This document shows positions 47,743 through 61,174 of a stretch of DNA of 64,000 nucleotides, one piece after another. Under the pieces are notes generated by a model. It ran no database searches. It saw only the letters and a program-made list of their open reading frames with translations, and was not told where the DNA came from. The translations under genes and the position numbers were made by a program. How positions within the stretch are numbered: position 1 is the stretch's first letter; the number at the start of each line of letters is the position of its first letter. This DNA comes from Phoronis australis (taxonomy: Eukaryota > Animalia > Phoronida): assembly GCA_002633005.1 (NCBI GenBank), contig NMRA01000055.1, positions 1,003,285 through 1,067,284 of the forward strand, written 5' to 3'.

Positions 47743-49713
47743 ATGGCCATCAGCTCCAAAGACGTAGAGGAAATGAGGCGCATGCTCGAATGCCCCATTT
47801 GTTTGGAGCGCCAGAAGACTCCCCGCCTGCTCCCATGTGTACATACATTTTGTGAGGGATGTATTCAAACGTTTATGGACAAACAAGGTAAAAACGGTGA
47901 GTTCTCATGTCCCACCTGCAAGAGAGTTATAAACATTCCGAAAGATGGCGCTGCTGGTTTCCCTTTCAATCATTTCCTTTATCACTTGAATGACTGCGTT
48001 CCCAAAACGGGCAATGTCTTCTGTTTTGTATGTCAGTACAAGGGATCCACAGCCGAAGCAGGGTCCATGTGTATACAGTGCGCTCATCACCTGTGTGACA
48101 AGTGTGCGGACGTTCACTGTCAGACTGGACTCACTTTAACCCACAAAGTGGTCAGTTTGGATGAAGTCGCCGCTGGCGTGCATTTTGAAACAATGCGTCG
48201 ATGTCAGAAGACGTATTGTTTAAAACACACCGACAAGTTGCTGGAAATTTATTGTGAAAACTGCAAAATACCCGTATGTGTGTTATGTACAAGACTGGAT
48301 CACGATCAACACAAAATGAAAAACCTTGACGAAGCGGCAAAGGAGGCAGTCGAGGTGCTCCAAGGTTTGATTGAGCCCTGGGTAGACGCAGTCGATCATG
48401 CACAGATTGTGGCAGACGCTCGCAGAAATGTTCGCGAAGATCTAACTCAAGAAATGTTAGCTCAGAAGCTTGAGGAACTCTGCAAGATTTATGATGACTT
48501 CAAGGACAGGGTTGAAATAATGAAAGGTGAAGCGATCACTAAACTGAACGAACAGTTCCAATTGGCCCAAAAGCAAACTCAAGCCGCTTACGAGGCGGCC
48601 GAACAAAGTCGACAGTCTCTGATTAGTATATTTAGGTACGCTAAGCAACTCATTGAGAGTTCACATCCTTCAGAAACAATTCAACAGTTCACGACGATGG
48701 CGGACACCCTTACATCGTTAGATGTGAGTCAGTTACAACAGGGCATTGAAAAGCCAGTGTTCCGTTTTACACCGTCTGAATTGTTATTAGCTGACTCGTA
48801 TGTTGATGTAGGGTTTACTGTAGAATCACAGGAAACCACTACAAAATTCTCGCAACTTCCATCTGAATCACCCGTTCAGTCTGTCACTCCATCACCGACT
48901 GATAAAGATTCTTCAGGTAGTGTTGGAAGTTTTACCAGCCTGAGTGAAGGTGAGAGGGAGTTTGGGTGTTGTGGACTGGCAATTTGTGATGGCGGGTTTG
49001 TTGTAACAGACGAGGAGAACAACAAAGTCAGAGTGTTCAATGAACGCGACTTTAAACTTAAGTTGGAGTTACAACAAACTCATCACAAACTTAAGAATCC
49101 ACTCGACGTGACAAGCAATAATGATGGAGATATTTTTATCACCGACCTCGGCATTAACGGTGTTGTTAGGTATGACGCCCGGGGTGAGGTGGTGAAGATA
49201 TGCCGTGATGTTTATAAAGATGCGGGATACGTTACATGTCATGACAACCGGCTGGTTGTGTGTGACACAGGCGGGGGGCGGGTTATTATTGCTGATTATG
49301 ACTGTAATATTCACAACCAGTTGGATGGCCCCACCCTGGGGCTGACTGAGTTCACACCACGCTATGTGTGCATGGATAACTATGGTCAGTTGGTGGTCAG
49401 TGAATTTTATCCAGGTCGTGTGCATGTGATTGACCACACACGGCCGGCTGTTGTATCTACACTGACCCAACAACTGAGTGACGTGCCGCGCGGTGTGTGT
49501 GTAGACCCACAAGGCAACATACTAGTGGCAGACGGTCTCAAAAATCAGGTGATTTTGTACAACAACGCACGTGCACACGTGATCGTGCCCCCTGGTGATG
49601 TCCAGGATCCAACCGGTTTATGTCTCCCGGCCCCAGGTCAGGTATCTGTAGTGGAGTATTTTACAGGTGTGGTGAAGACATTTCAGTACTCAGGGACGGA
49701 TCCAGGATTTTGA
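47743..49713 (+). CDS. TRIM-NHL E3 ubiquitin ligase (RING, two B-boxes, coiled coil, NHL repeats; TRIM2/3/56/71-like), 656 aa, intronless CDS
   Basis: C3HC4 RING (CPIC..CVHTFCEGC..CPTC), B-box1 (CFVC..CIQC..LCDKC..H..H), B-box2 (CLKH..YCENC..VCVLC..H..H), coiled coil, S/P/T linker and NHL blades (NPLDVT..GDIFITD, PRGVCVDPQGNILVAD). No filamin domain. Splice acceptors end at 47721 and 47740, so the ATG at 47743 is preferred over the ORF-track start at 47698. Confidence 0.92.
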   Translation: MAISSKDVEEMRRMLECPICLERQKTPRLLPCVHTFCEGCIQTFMDKQGKNGEFSCPTCKRVINIPKDGAAGFPFNHFLYHLNDCVPKTGNVFCFVCQYKGSTAEAGSMCIQCAHHLCDKCADVHCQTGLTLTHKVVSLDEVAAGVHFETMRRCQKTYCLKHTDKLLEIYCENCKIPVCVLCTRLDHDQHKMKNLDEAAKEAVEVLQGLIEPWVDAVDHAQIVADARRNVREDLTQEMLAQKLEELCKIYDDFKDRVEIMKGEAITKLNEQFQLAQKQTQAAYEAAEQSRQSLISIFRYAKQLIESSHPSETIQQFTTMADTLTSLDVSQLQQGIEKPVFRFTPSELLLADSYVDVGFTVESQETTTKFSQLPSESPVQSVTPSPTDKDSSGSVGSFTSLSEGEREFGCCGLAICDGGFVVTDEENNKVRVFNERDFKLKLELQQTHHKLKNPLDVTSNNDGDIFITDLGINGVVRYDARGEVVKICRDVYKDAGYVTCHDNRLVVCDTGGGRVIIADYDCNIHNQLDGPTLGLTEFTPRYVCMDNYGQLVVSEFYPGRVHVIDHTRPAVVSTLTQQLSDVPRGVCVDPQGNILVADGLKNQVILYNNARAHVIVPPGDVQDPTGLCLPAPGQVSVVEYFTGVVKTFQYSGTDPGF

Positions 49714-49751
49714 GTTAGCATGCCCCCCTTGCCCCCCTAAATCCGCCACTG
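49691..49751. mobile_element. 61-bp MITE remnant overlapping the TRIM stop codon
   Basis: CAGGGACGGATCCAGGATTTT...GCCCCCCTAAATCCGCCACTG has imperfect inverted termini of the common CAG(T/G)GGCGGAT family. A related terminus is at ~39800. Confidence 0.7.
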
Positions 49752-51433
49752 ATACTTGCCTGGAATAATGTTATGCAGTACAAAGTAGCGCACGTAATTA
49801 CACCATGTGCACACATGTTATTATGTATCATAGCCGTACTTAAGTCGATACCTGTCTTTACATGTATGTCAAATATCTCACACTGGCGTCTGAGTTTAAT
49901 GTTTCCACCCATTTTCATGTGTTTATTTCGGTTTGGGGCATATTGTGCATGCAGTTGCTGCGTATATATTGTCTGATACAAACTCTTTCAGTGCTTAATA
50001 GTAATTTGGATTGACATTTGATTAATGATAAATATTGTTAGTGCCTGTGTTTGTAACTCAGTCACTTAATACATAAATATTATCAATTTGTTAACTTTTG
50101 TTTAAGCAAAAAGTGTTCACAATATTATTTCAAGAACTTTGCAAACTTCCAGGATTCTCCAAACGCCTGTAGCTTGTTGATAATACTACAATTTCCTATA
50201 AATCATTGGTTGGACTATTTTGTAAAAGGTCAAAAATCGCATTCCATTTTCCAGTGTTTCTTTTTATTTCGACCAAACGTACTGTGCCTAAAGTTTTACA
50301 AGTGAGCCATTTTCTTAAATTAGAACGTTTTAGCGAATTTGTTAGTACGCCAATATGTTTAGGAAAGAAATCAAGTTAGAACTCGGTGACATGCATAGTA
50401 AAGCCAGTCAAAGTTCACTTGAGGTGATAAATTGTATTCAGTAGACAATCATAGGCCGCACTTGATTCACCTGACAGGTTCAGTCGGGTCAACTTGTTAA
50501 GGCATCTGAGCCGATGCATGAAACAGTAGGGAACTCATAATAAAGAAAAACTGTTAAACAATACTAAGTAAACAAAGTCTACAAATGTGCCGAAAATTTA
50601 AGGAACATAGTTGAGCTCAGAAGAGTTAATTTTAAAGTGCAGCCATAGAATATAACCATGAAACAGCTTTTGATGACGTAACTAGCAACAAAAACAACAA
50701 AGTTAATATCTATCCTCACGTACACACGCACACATAATTTCGTTTGATTCCCAGGAATATTTATGTTCGACAAGGTTACAATGCCACTCTCGTACCCAGC
50801 GCCACCTGTGCAGGTGCTGCACTGCAGGCAAGAGCTGCAACTAGGGGCTCTGCCGACGTGGGCAGACGATCAAATATCATTTACTAAAGATGGAAAGTAA
50901 ACATACTATACACGAATATTAAACAAAAGATAGTAAATAGAATAAAAGACTAAGAACATGTAAACAAAACAACGGCACATATGATCTGAAAAATAAGCAA
51001 ATTTTGCGTGACAGTTGGAGACACGGCTTTACATGCCTAGTACGGTACAAATCAAAAAAGCTCAACCAAGTAAATATATAGAGTTTGAGGAAACACGATT
51101 GGTTGCCTCTTGATATTTTAAGAATATCAATTGATTTCAAATATGAATTTTAAGTAAATTTTTGGTTTGGAATTCTTAATACATATACGAGGTCTTTTAA
51201 ATTCACGTGGCAACGCGAGACACGTGAGAAACAAACAACTGGTCCCTACTCAAGCATCCATGTTTTTTGGACCTTTCTAAAAAATTCGCCAAATTTATTA
51301 TATGCACTCGTTGATAACTTAGAGATACGCATCTGGACTTTTCAAATTTTTCACAACTCCGATGCTATATTAAAGCGGACAAGTGAATTTTAAAGTCACT
51401 TCAAGCTAAGTCACCAGTTCCACTATTACGGGT

Positions 51434-54400
51434 ATGGAATTCATTGCGTTGTTGGCTCTCATGGCGTACGCCAATGGTAAGTTATAATTTGGACAGATAT
51501 AAGGGGTACTTGGGCAGCTTATTTTTCTAAAGACATGTTTGGATGAAAACTGCGTTACTTTTTACATTTAGCAACATTTATTGTTTTTCGTTTCTCCAAT
51601 TGAAGGCAGTCACATTTGCATCAGGTGTCAGTTCATGCAATAATACCATAAGTTTGGGTCAACTATTGCGCAAACTGACACCTGGTGCACGATCTGCCGC
51701 CGCCAGTTACAGAGTCTCAACAAGAGTGTTAAGCTGGCATCGTACAGACTTCAGCAGAACATCGCTTACAAATATAGAAAAAAATACGACTTTACAATTT
51801 TCTCTGACAAAAGTTCACGTTGCACAGGGGTACGTATTTTGTTCATGAAGTTTGGCGTGAACATGCATTCTTCGCGAGATCTAGCTATGCGTTACAAGCA
51901 AAGCACGTGATATCACTACCTTTCACTCGCGAGTAGCTAACATTAATAAAGCATGCCAGTTATACTTATACACTGGTCCAAACCTACGAACTTGCGCTAG
52001 TTGTATGCTGCTTACATTTGAATATTTTCTCCAAATATACATCTACCAACATGGAGTCCTATGAATCCATGAAGCCATGTAAGGCGTTCGACCGCCTGCC
52101 TAATTTATCTATTTATGAATTATTTAATTGATGTATCGGTAGTAGTTTTTAAATTATTTATTTGGTAAAATTAAAAAAAACATTTTGTTAAATTCTTGGA
52201 GTCCTTATGCTGAACCGTAACCCGGAAACAGTCAGAAGAGTTGAATGAAATTATCACTTTTTAAGCTGATAGTAAAACGCGAATGCATACTTGGTATATA
52301 GAACTATTGTGAGAAGAGAACTAGGGAGGATGCCTGTCCCACACATTTGGCGTCAGTGCTAATCTGTTACTGTACATTGGAATCTGTATGAGGTTTGTAA
52401 GGCCTCATGGGGGATTTCCACGGGTAGAACGAAATCTAGACCTTTGCGAGGAGAGCGTACCGCAAATCCGGTTTCTTGAGAGAAAAGCAAGAAATCGCAA
52501 GATTCGCAAAATCCCGTGATTGAGAGGTAAGTATTTCGCGAGTATGCCCGGGAGACCACTGAAGTGATCGGTCGGGGAGGTTGAAGTGTTGCATTACGGG
52601 ACCAAATTTTCGTACCATAGGTAAAAAATTTTTTCATTTGTCGCGAGTGCAAGGTACTGTATCGTCTTGCGGTCTACCGACCTCAACTGAAGTTATTGCA
52701 AGAAGATGTCGATTTTGTCATAATTTTCTGCCCAATCTAGAAATCCGCAACTGGTACACTTACTAATAGATTTTTTTATTTGTTTTAGTCATATCTATAA
52801 AACCCACTCTGTGTTCCAAACGGGTGAAATCAAAGAAAATAGTAGCTTTGATATTTGATTCTTGCTGCGTGCCAGTATTGTCACATATCGTTAATAGGAC
52901 AATGCGTCTTTTGTTAAATGATAGCAAACCATTTGTTACACCTTGAATGTAAATAAATATAACATTTCCATAAACGTACCAAAATATAACACCGTCTTTT
53001 CATAAAGCAGTAACAATAATGACGTCAGGAGTACGACAGTCAATCACCATCCAACAAATAAATGTTCAATTTAATGGGCTATGTGTCGTCCAGTTTTTCC
53101 AAATCCCAGTGACTTTTTAAAAACGCTAAATCATCTCAGAAGACTGAAGATTTCAGTGAATAAGAACCTACAACCTAACCACGAACTTGGTTACGCAACT
53201 TTAGGAACCGAGAACCCAGCTGCAACCATTGTTAAAACCCTTGGCGATTCCGTTGAGTGGGTAGAAATTGTCGTTTTCGATGTGAAATTATTTTGCTAGT
53301 GGGCTCGATCGTACTTCTGTTCTGATCTTTTAAGATTTGAGCAGAAGTACGACTTAATAGCCGGCAATATTAAACAGTCGAAATAACTTAGTCCCCGAAT
53401 AAAGTTGAATTTGTGTCAGTGTTTTTTACAACAATGCCTCCCAGGCAAGGGTATAACATACACTCAACGTTTTCACAAGAGACTGAAGTCGACACCTGCG
53501 AGAATCCTGTAGTTTGTTGGTGACGTAATGGATTGTTTACTCCTTGAAATTATTAATTACAATACGCGCATGTATGTTTTTGTACACCTTTCATTTAAAG
53601 CCTGCGCAGTGGTACAAGTACCTACAGGACGTATTGTCGGCGGTGACGAGTCCACCGAGCACGCCTGGCCATGGCAGATATCCCTGCAGGCGAAGGGTGG
53701 ATGGCTTCAGCCTTCCTTCTCGCATATCTGTGGCGGTACCATCATCGACCGTCAATGGGTGGTGACGGCGGCACACTGCGTTGACGGAAGGTAAGTGGAC
53801 CAAGACGTGGACAAAAAAATTTGGAGGTCGTAAGCTCATTGGTAGTCTATCCAAACTGTTGCTACCGGTCAGCTGTGTGCCAGGCCAATGTTTTTGAAAA
53901 ATGCTCCTTTGCAAGTACACTTATTTCAGCAATTACGCAATTTTGGGACGGCGAAAAATTACCACGATTACTGATTCAGCGTTGATATATGCGTGACCAG
54001 ACCCACAGATTCCGTGTGTTTAGCTATAACAATAATGTCAAAAAAACTACACTTGATGCATTGCTGTTCAGTGCTATTTAGGTACTGTACCAATGCTTTA
54101 TGTTGGATGGTGATTTAGAATTTCTGTATTTTTAATTAAATATTTCCATCATATCTTGACGGACCTTGACAAAAAGCAACGTCTAATATGTCCATAAGCA
54201 ATTGTTGACGGGACACGGTAGTGATTTAGTCGGAATACGATTATTGAATTGTACACACCCCTCCCTCTTTACATCCGCCTTTTATAAGCATTTTAAAGAC
54301 TCACAGCCTTCTACAGGAGAATCGGTAGGCGGTGTCCTTGAGAAATTATTGTCAACAGTACTGGTAAGGTGTTAGTCAACCGACCGCTCCACATCATACG

Positions 54401-57400
54401 AATTAAAAGCTGCTGGGAATCCGTTTTCCATAAAAAACATGCACACACAAAAGGCGAACTTTCTGTCCCTGGGGTACGGTAAAATTTCGCCAAATGATGT
54501 AGAACACAGTATGTTGGAGAATTGAAATTTTATCTCTTTATTTTTTAATAAAACGCAGCACAACGAAAAACTTCTCTATGTCCAAGCTTTATACCAGATC
54601 ATATTTTTTGAAAAATCGAAGATATTCAAAACAAAGTTTGGAGCCCTTGAAAAATTAAAAAAAAATTTGGCAATTATTCTCCGGAAGTTGGTGAGATTTT
54701 ACCGCCCCAATTGTTCGGCAACTGACGACTAGAATCACCAAAACAGGGTTGATCATCCCTTTAAATGACTTGTGTTCCCAAATACTTCAGCTCCACAAGC
54801 AGCCTGCTTGTCGTCGCCTCCGAACACCATCGTGGCACAACTAGTGGTCGGGAGCAACACATCAACATTGCAAGAATTATCATGGTGAGATTGGCTTAAC
54901 GTTATACAGAACCTTATAGCCAAATATCTATAAAACTAAAGATTTTATTTAAGTAAAAGTACAATTTTTGAAACCACAGGGCTGTATAATTTTGACTGGC
55001 ATTAGTGAGCGCGTTTTAAAGCTACAAGCAAACCTGCATCTTTTTATTTGAGCCTTGTGGGCCCCACTTGCCATTCACACATATTAGAAGTGATTTCTAG
55101 AATAGGATAGTTTTTGCTTGAGAGGTTTTATGCTCAGTGCGAACCAGCTTAGTCTCACAATCACAAACCCCTAATTTGAGTAAAGAAAAAGCTGAAACCA
55201 ATTTTATAACATCACGTTTTTAGTCAAGTTATATTTTTGATTGAAAACATCTTTTTTCCACGGGAAACGCGTTAATAGCCGCTTCAAGGTAAAATACAAT
55301 ACAGGTATATGCATACGAAAAAGTTAGAAGGTTGCGTGCAATGTTTCGGAAGTTTTTACAAAAATTTACTTGAAAGAAGCGACATCACTAATTCAAATCT
55401 TCAGTTCAGCATAGTGATTACAACAGCAACGCCAATGGTTTTCCCAACGACATCGCTCTACTGCAGCTAAGCTCTGCTATCGAATTTAACGATTACACTC
55501 AGCCAGCTTGCTTGCCCGATACCGCCAACGATGACTTTGTAGGCGCCGAGTGCTGGATAACTGGATGGGGAAATACGGCAGGTGAGAACACAACATTCTG
55601 TCTCAGCGCCACCTATATGGAAAAGTGACCCTGTGTATTTATAAAGAAGTAACCAGTGTAGGGGCGTAAGATAGCGCGTGACGTAGTTAGACGTTTATCG
55701 TATAAATGTGGCATGGGGAAGAGCCGGAATGTGAATCGTTTTGTTCTTTTGTTTGACACCTTGTTAGGCGATACATGTATTCAGTCTCAACCGGCAACTA
55801 CATTTATGAATGTTTTCACCAGTGGGAGTACATTAAGCACTAACTGTAGCGCCTGACTTTTATGACAAGCTTCTTTTGTTTGGAGGATTATGCAAAACTT
55901 GTCGTTGTTGACTATCTTTATTCCATTCCGTTCGTATCCTCGGAACAAAGTTCGATACTCAACAGAACTTCGGTAAAGCAATGACCAAGATACATGATTA
56001 AACGACACACGGTATTTCGAAACATGCTTGTTTCATTCTCAACTGCAAATAAAATGAAAAAGTTCTACCATCACACGGCAGGTGTGAAATGCTGCAAAGA
56101 ATGACAAATGCAGGGGTAACAGGAAAGTCACGCAAACAAGTGTAGCTACCTTGTTTGCTGCTCACTCCATCAAAATAGACTTCTCGAATAAAATCAAAAG
56201 GGACTCCAACACTTTCATTCGAAGCACATCGTGCTTATATTTATGTATCTAATTGACGTGTTTTCCACAATTTCTCAACGGGCGATTTTACGCCTCGTGA
56301 GAGTGCAGAAAATGTTGTAAGATGGTGCCATTCTGAAGGTGCATAGATAACAGACGAGAAAGACAGCGACACCGTTTGACCAATGTAATATTGCTTGACA
56401 TTTGAACGAAGACATTCGTTCTTAGGGTATACAGACTCATAAGCAACACTTCACACTGGGAAACGAGGCGGACTTTCATTTTTTCATGACGAAGTTGGAA
56501 GACTTCATATTTCGAGCGAGGTCCTAGCGTTATTAAACTCTACCCTGGTCGTTCAGCGCCACTTAAAGATAAGACTGCAGGTTTCGATCTACTGGTATAA
56601 ACAGCGTTTTAGCATCTTTCTCGGTACCATAATGCCAAAAAAAATCCAGTGCTGTGCGGTGGGATGTAGTAATGGCTCACGGAAAAAAGGCAACCCCCTT
56701 TGAAATATTCATGGATGAAAGACATCATCTTTCATATATTTCTGACTGCGAAGAAACCTTGGCTTCGATATCGGTCGCTGCGATCCCAGCCGATGTCAAA
56801 AAACTAAATTATTGAGCTCGACCTATCAAACACAGAGAGGTATTGGCAGTGGGATTTATTCCTCTGTTTTTAATTTAATGAACCACTGTGTAGCCAGGGG
56901 CTCATTCTTTCTGCTTCCACTTTTCGTAAATTATCTCTTAACCGAAATACTTTTGATCGGAGTCGCAAAATGACGTCCATTTCCGCAACATTCGTTTGAT
57001 GCTTGGTGAACCGACTCGTTGACAAGACCTTCTCGATACGTGGAGACAACTGCGGTGTCCTGTGATGATAAGGGGAACAAAGGAATATTCGGACACTCTG
57101 ATTGGTTGGAAGTTGGCGGCCATTTGCTTATGTCCCACCAATGACAGTTACACACATAACTTTTATGCGCGCATACAGCCTAAAATATAGGGGGGGGGGG
57201 GNNNNNNNNNNNNNNNNNNNNNNNNNNNNNNNNNNNNNNNNNNNNNNNNNNNNNNNNNNNNNNNNNNNNNNNNNNNNNNNNNNNNNNNNNNNNNNNNNNN
57301 NNNNNNNNNNNNNNNNNNNNNNNNNNNNNNNNNNNNNNNNNNNNNNNNNNNNNNNNNNNNNNNNNNNNNNNNNNNNNAAATCAACGAGGACTAAAAAACG

Positions 57401-59284
57401 GGCCACTAGGTTCAAGCCTATGAATTGTGCATCTGTGCAGAATTCCTGTGGACTTTGTGGACTTTTGTCTCGTTTACTTGGACTTTTTGTTTCGCTGAGG
57501 CGGTCGTTTTTACCCAATTCGCCAAATTGGGGGGCTCCTTCGAGCCCCCCCGAGTCCCCTGGGTGCGCCCATGAGTTTGTATTCAATGTCCACTCACAAT
57601 AACAAGGCAATAAGTAGAACGGTAGAACGTGATCCATCACGCGTTTCGTCCTGTTCATTCCTGGTCAGACCAGCTGTTTAGGGCAGACGTCCAAACCGAG
57701 GCATTTGTATTGATAGCTCTTTGCAGATGCCCTGTAATACACAATACACAACAATAAATTGGGAACGCACGGATAACACTGAAATTAAAAACCTTACTAC
57801 TTGGCATATTAGGCCTTAGTGTTTAAAATTGTTAGTAACTTCAAGCGAATGCAAGATAGGACACCTTAATGCCGGTCTCGGGAGGGATAACGTTTAGGAA
57901 TATTATGCAATCTGTAGACCTTATGGTACATGTAATAAGATTACCGAAATCTATCCGAATTTGAGGCGCCGTGAACACAACACTACAAGGTGTTTTCCAG
58001 CCAACTAGTCATATTGCTTTTTGTTGCAGGAACCGGAAGTAACAGTGTTCTTCGGGAACTCAGAATCGACGTTATCCGCAATACCGACTGTGACAGAGCT
58101 TGGAGAAGTGGTTATATCAACGATTGCCACATCTGTGTTGGCAACGGTGACAAAGGCGCGTGCAACGTAAGTGGTTAAAGGGAGTTTTCCTTACTTGTAC
58201 GCTCGCAATCTGACGCATTCTGAACACAGCGGTTACTTTCGTAGCTTCAACTTTCCCCTCGGATGTGAACGTTACTAGTGAGGATGGAATTCCACTTTAA
58301 CAGTCGCGTGACTTGCCGCCGCGTGACTGACTTCCGCTCATGCCCGGATAATAATCAACTTCGTGGGGAATTTGAGGCTACGAAAGAGATGAGAAAGTCA
58401 GTCGAATTGGTGGAAAAATATGCCCTAGTCAGATAAAGCAGTGACAAAATAGGTGATATTCTACAAGCAAGAAAGGGCTAAACGAGCTTCCACCAAAATA
58501 GTGCGGTGTAATAACAGGTGTAACGTGAGATATTTGCTTCCAGAAATTTTCGCAGATCGGGAACAAAAACATCGAATCCTACTCCTTCAACATTTCAACC
58601 TCACTGAGCAATAGTTTCAGTGGCAGCAGCCATTATACCCTATTGTACCGCCCGGATTTTCTCGCGAATATACTCACCTTCATTAGTGTGACCAATATTT
58701 TGCGTTGTCTCACGCATACCTTTGTATTGGACTTAAAGATTTCATAACATCTGAAATGTAGCCATATACGTATATGTGTATATATATACATACTTCTTGC
58801 ACTCATTTTTAGCTTGCATTTGAAGCGACGTCATCCGCATCTAAAAGTTCGTTTCTGACCATATATCAATAGAAACTTAGGACAGTACAACAAAAACGCC
58901 CTCCTCAAGTTTGACTCTGTCTTAACGTGCGCGTGTGTGCGTGCGTAGCTGTAAATGTGCGACTGAAGGAGCGTGCGTATTTCTCTGTTTCAATGGTTTT
59001 AACGCCGAAGTTTTGGGTAGAGTTCAGTAACGCTGGAACCTACTGTAAAAAGAAAGATTTCGCGAGATTACTTGAGATGTTGTGTATTTTAAATGAGAAC
59101 ACGCGAGTTTGGTTAGATTTTTCTAGTGGCGAGTCTGCTACTGAACTCTACCCAGAAGTCAGTAGAAAGAAGCAAAGACACGACCTCTTGGGGAAGATCC
59201 GGATGCCAGACCGAGGGCTTTCCCAACGTCTACACTCGTATCTCCAAATTCCTTAACTGGATCAACGGACATATGGGCAACTAA
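51434..59284 (+). pseudogene. Duplicate serine protease gene lacking the catalytic Ser
   Basis: Exons 51434-51476, 53601-53790, 54791-54884, 55410-55581 and 58030-58166 are intact. The exon-6 acceptor and [13 protein letters not shown] are deleted at 59183-59187, and the remnant [11 protein letters not shown] ends at 59284. Confidence 0.9.
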
Positions 59285-61174
59285 TAGACTACAACGAATA
59301 GTCATTTGTCAGAAAACTATGGAAATGAACTGTCAGATAATAAATCATAACTGAGGAGACATTAAAGAGAGAATTCAAAGATTTTTTGTTAATTTCTGTG
59401 TAAGTCAACACTCATTATTATTATAAAGAAACAGAAGACAACATGAACCACATCCTATCTCCGCACCATTCGTAACTCCCTTGTAGGCTATATTTTGGCA
59501 AAAAAATGACGCTGAGAAAAATGATCAATGTCTCTACCACACTGTATTAATTAGCAATAAACTGTCATGTTAAATAGCTAAATCACTAACTAAAAAGCAC
59601 AAAAATCTGGTGAGTCAGACGTTTCCTTCCTCTCTCTAAGGGTCTTGTTTATTGACTGGATTTCCCGCGTCAGGTTGATCTGGTTTTATAATGAAGTCAT
59701 ACACCGCTAGGGCTGTAACCCTTAACCTCTATTCAAATTGGGTCATCTGGTTCTAATGTAGAAAACATCCTTGCCCTTTCTTGAGTACCAGTGTTCTCCT
59801 CTCGCAAGGATTATGGCATTGCCAGAGGAGAAGACTGGTACTCAAGAAAGGGCAAGGAAGCTGTCTACATTAGAACCAGATGCCCCATGATTGTGATGGG
59901 AGCATTTATTATCCAAGTATTCGTTTTGCCATGCGTACAGCGCAATTTAACAATCATTACAACTTCAATTTCAAAGTGCCAATTCATCACCCCGAGGTTG
60001 TACTTCAACAAAAACAAGTGTTTTTAAGCCACAAGCAAAATCAAATAGGTGTCAGTTGTTATACCCATGAAGACTCTAGCTGCCCTAACTTCAAAAATGT
60101 ATTACACGTATTAAATTTATGTTAGTAATTTATTTGAATGAAGTAATATCAAAACATCACCTTTTTGAGAAGAAGTACACAAAAAAATTAAATCCCATAT
60201 TTAAAAACAACCTGCGCAAAGATATGACACCTTTCTAATAACCAACTATAATGAATGAAATGACCTTAATCATTTGAAACCGGTGTAAAATGTATTATTT
60301 CAATTTTGTTTTTTATTTCGTCTAACCCAATTGTAACTTATTTTTGTTGCATTTTAACTCCACCTTAAACATATGATATTTTCTTTGCCACTTCTTTATT
60401 TCTTGTCCAAATATTTTGGTTGTATCACAGAGCTCTTGTTTACATGTAAAAAGCTCATTCTTCAACTTTGAGAACTGCTCTTCTAGTTCACTTACAATGT
60501 ATACTTGACATTATAATGTGAATAATTTCGTTACTTTACATAACAATATTCTACAGGCAGCTATCATTGCCATTTAGTAAACAGTAGCTTTGCTCGTAAG
60601 TCAGAACTGAAGCTACTCTGCTCTCCACTTTCACTTTCCTCGTCCCAGACGCAACGTGGAAACTTCTCAGGTCTGCTGAGTTTTGGTCAAACAAAAACAC
60701 CTTTTTCACAACCGTCAACCGTGGAGTGTTTGTTGTTATTTCTTTCAGGGGAAGTATTGTAAGTCTCCAAAATAAGTTCTTTATCTTCCAAAATCTATTG
60801 CTTTGATATGCGTGCGAAGGTGTGTTATTTAACAAAAAAAAAACCCTTTTAACATGATTAACGTATTTACCTATGACCCCAGTAAAATATATATAGAAGT
60901 TATTGTCATTCATGATTTCCATGAACACAAATAGAAACTTGTGCTTAACGGTAGCCACTCCCACATGTCAATCATTACCGAGATGACAAACAAGCTGTCG
61001 ACAAATCATTTGTGTCATTCCAAATACAGCGAGGACAGAAGGCGACTCGTCCGATCTTGTGAAGTCTACTCTTCTCTAGTTGTGTCATTCTAATTGTAGT
61101 CTATCGCATAGTGAGAGCGACACTCCGTCAGAGCAACAGGTACTTTGTGTGTCTTGAAGGTGTGCTAAAAAATT

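Noticed and set aside
57545-57559. GDSGG in minus-strand ORF 57128-57658, inside the protease copy that lost its GDSGGP
   Set aside because: It is antisense to the gene, in intron 4, and produced by a G-run in a GC-rich repeat end. It cannot replace the catalytic motif.
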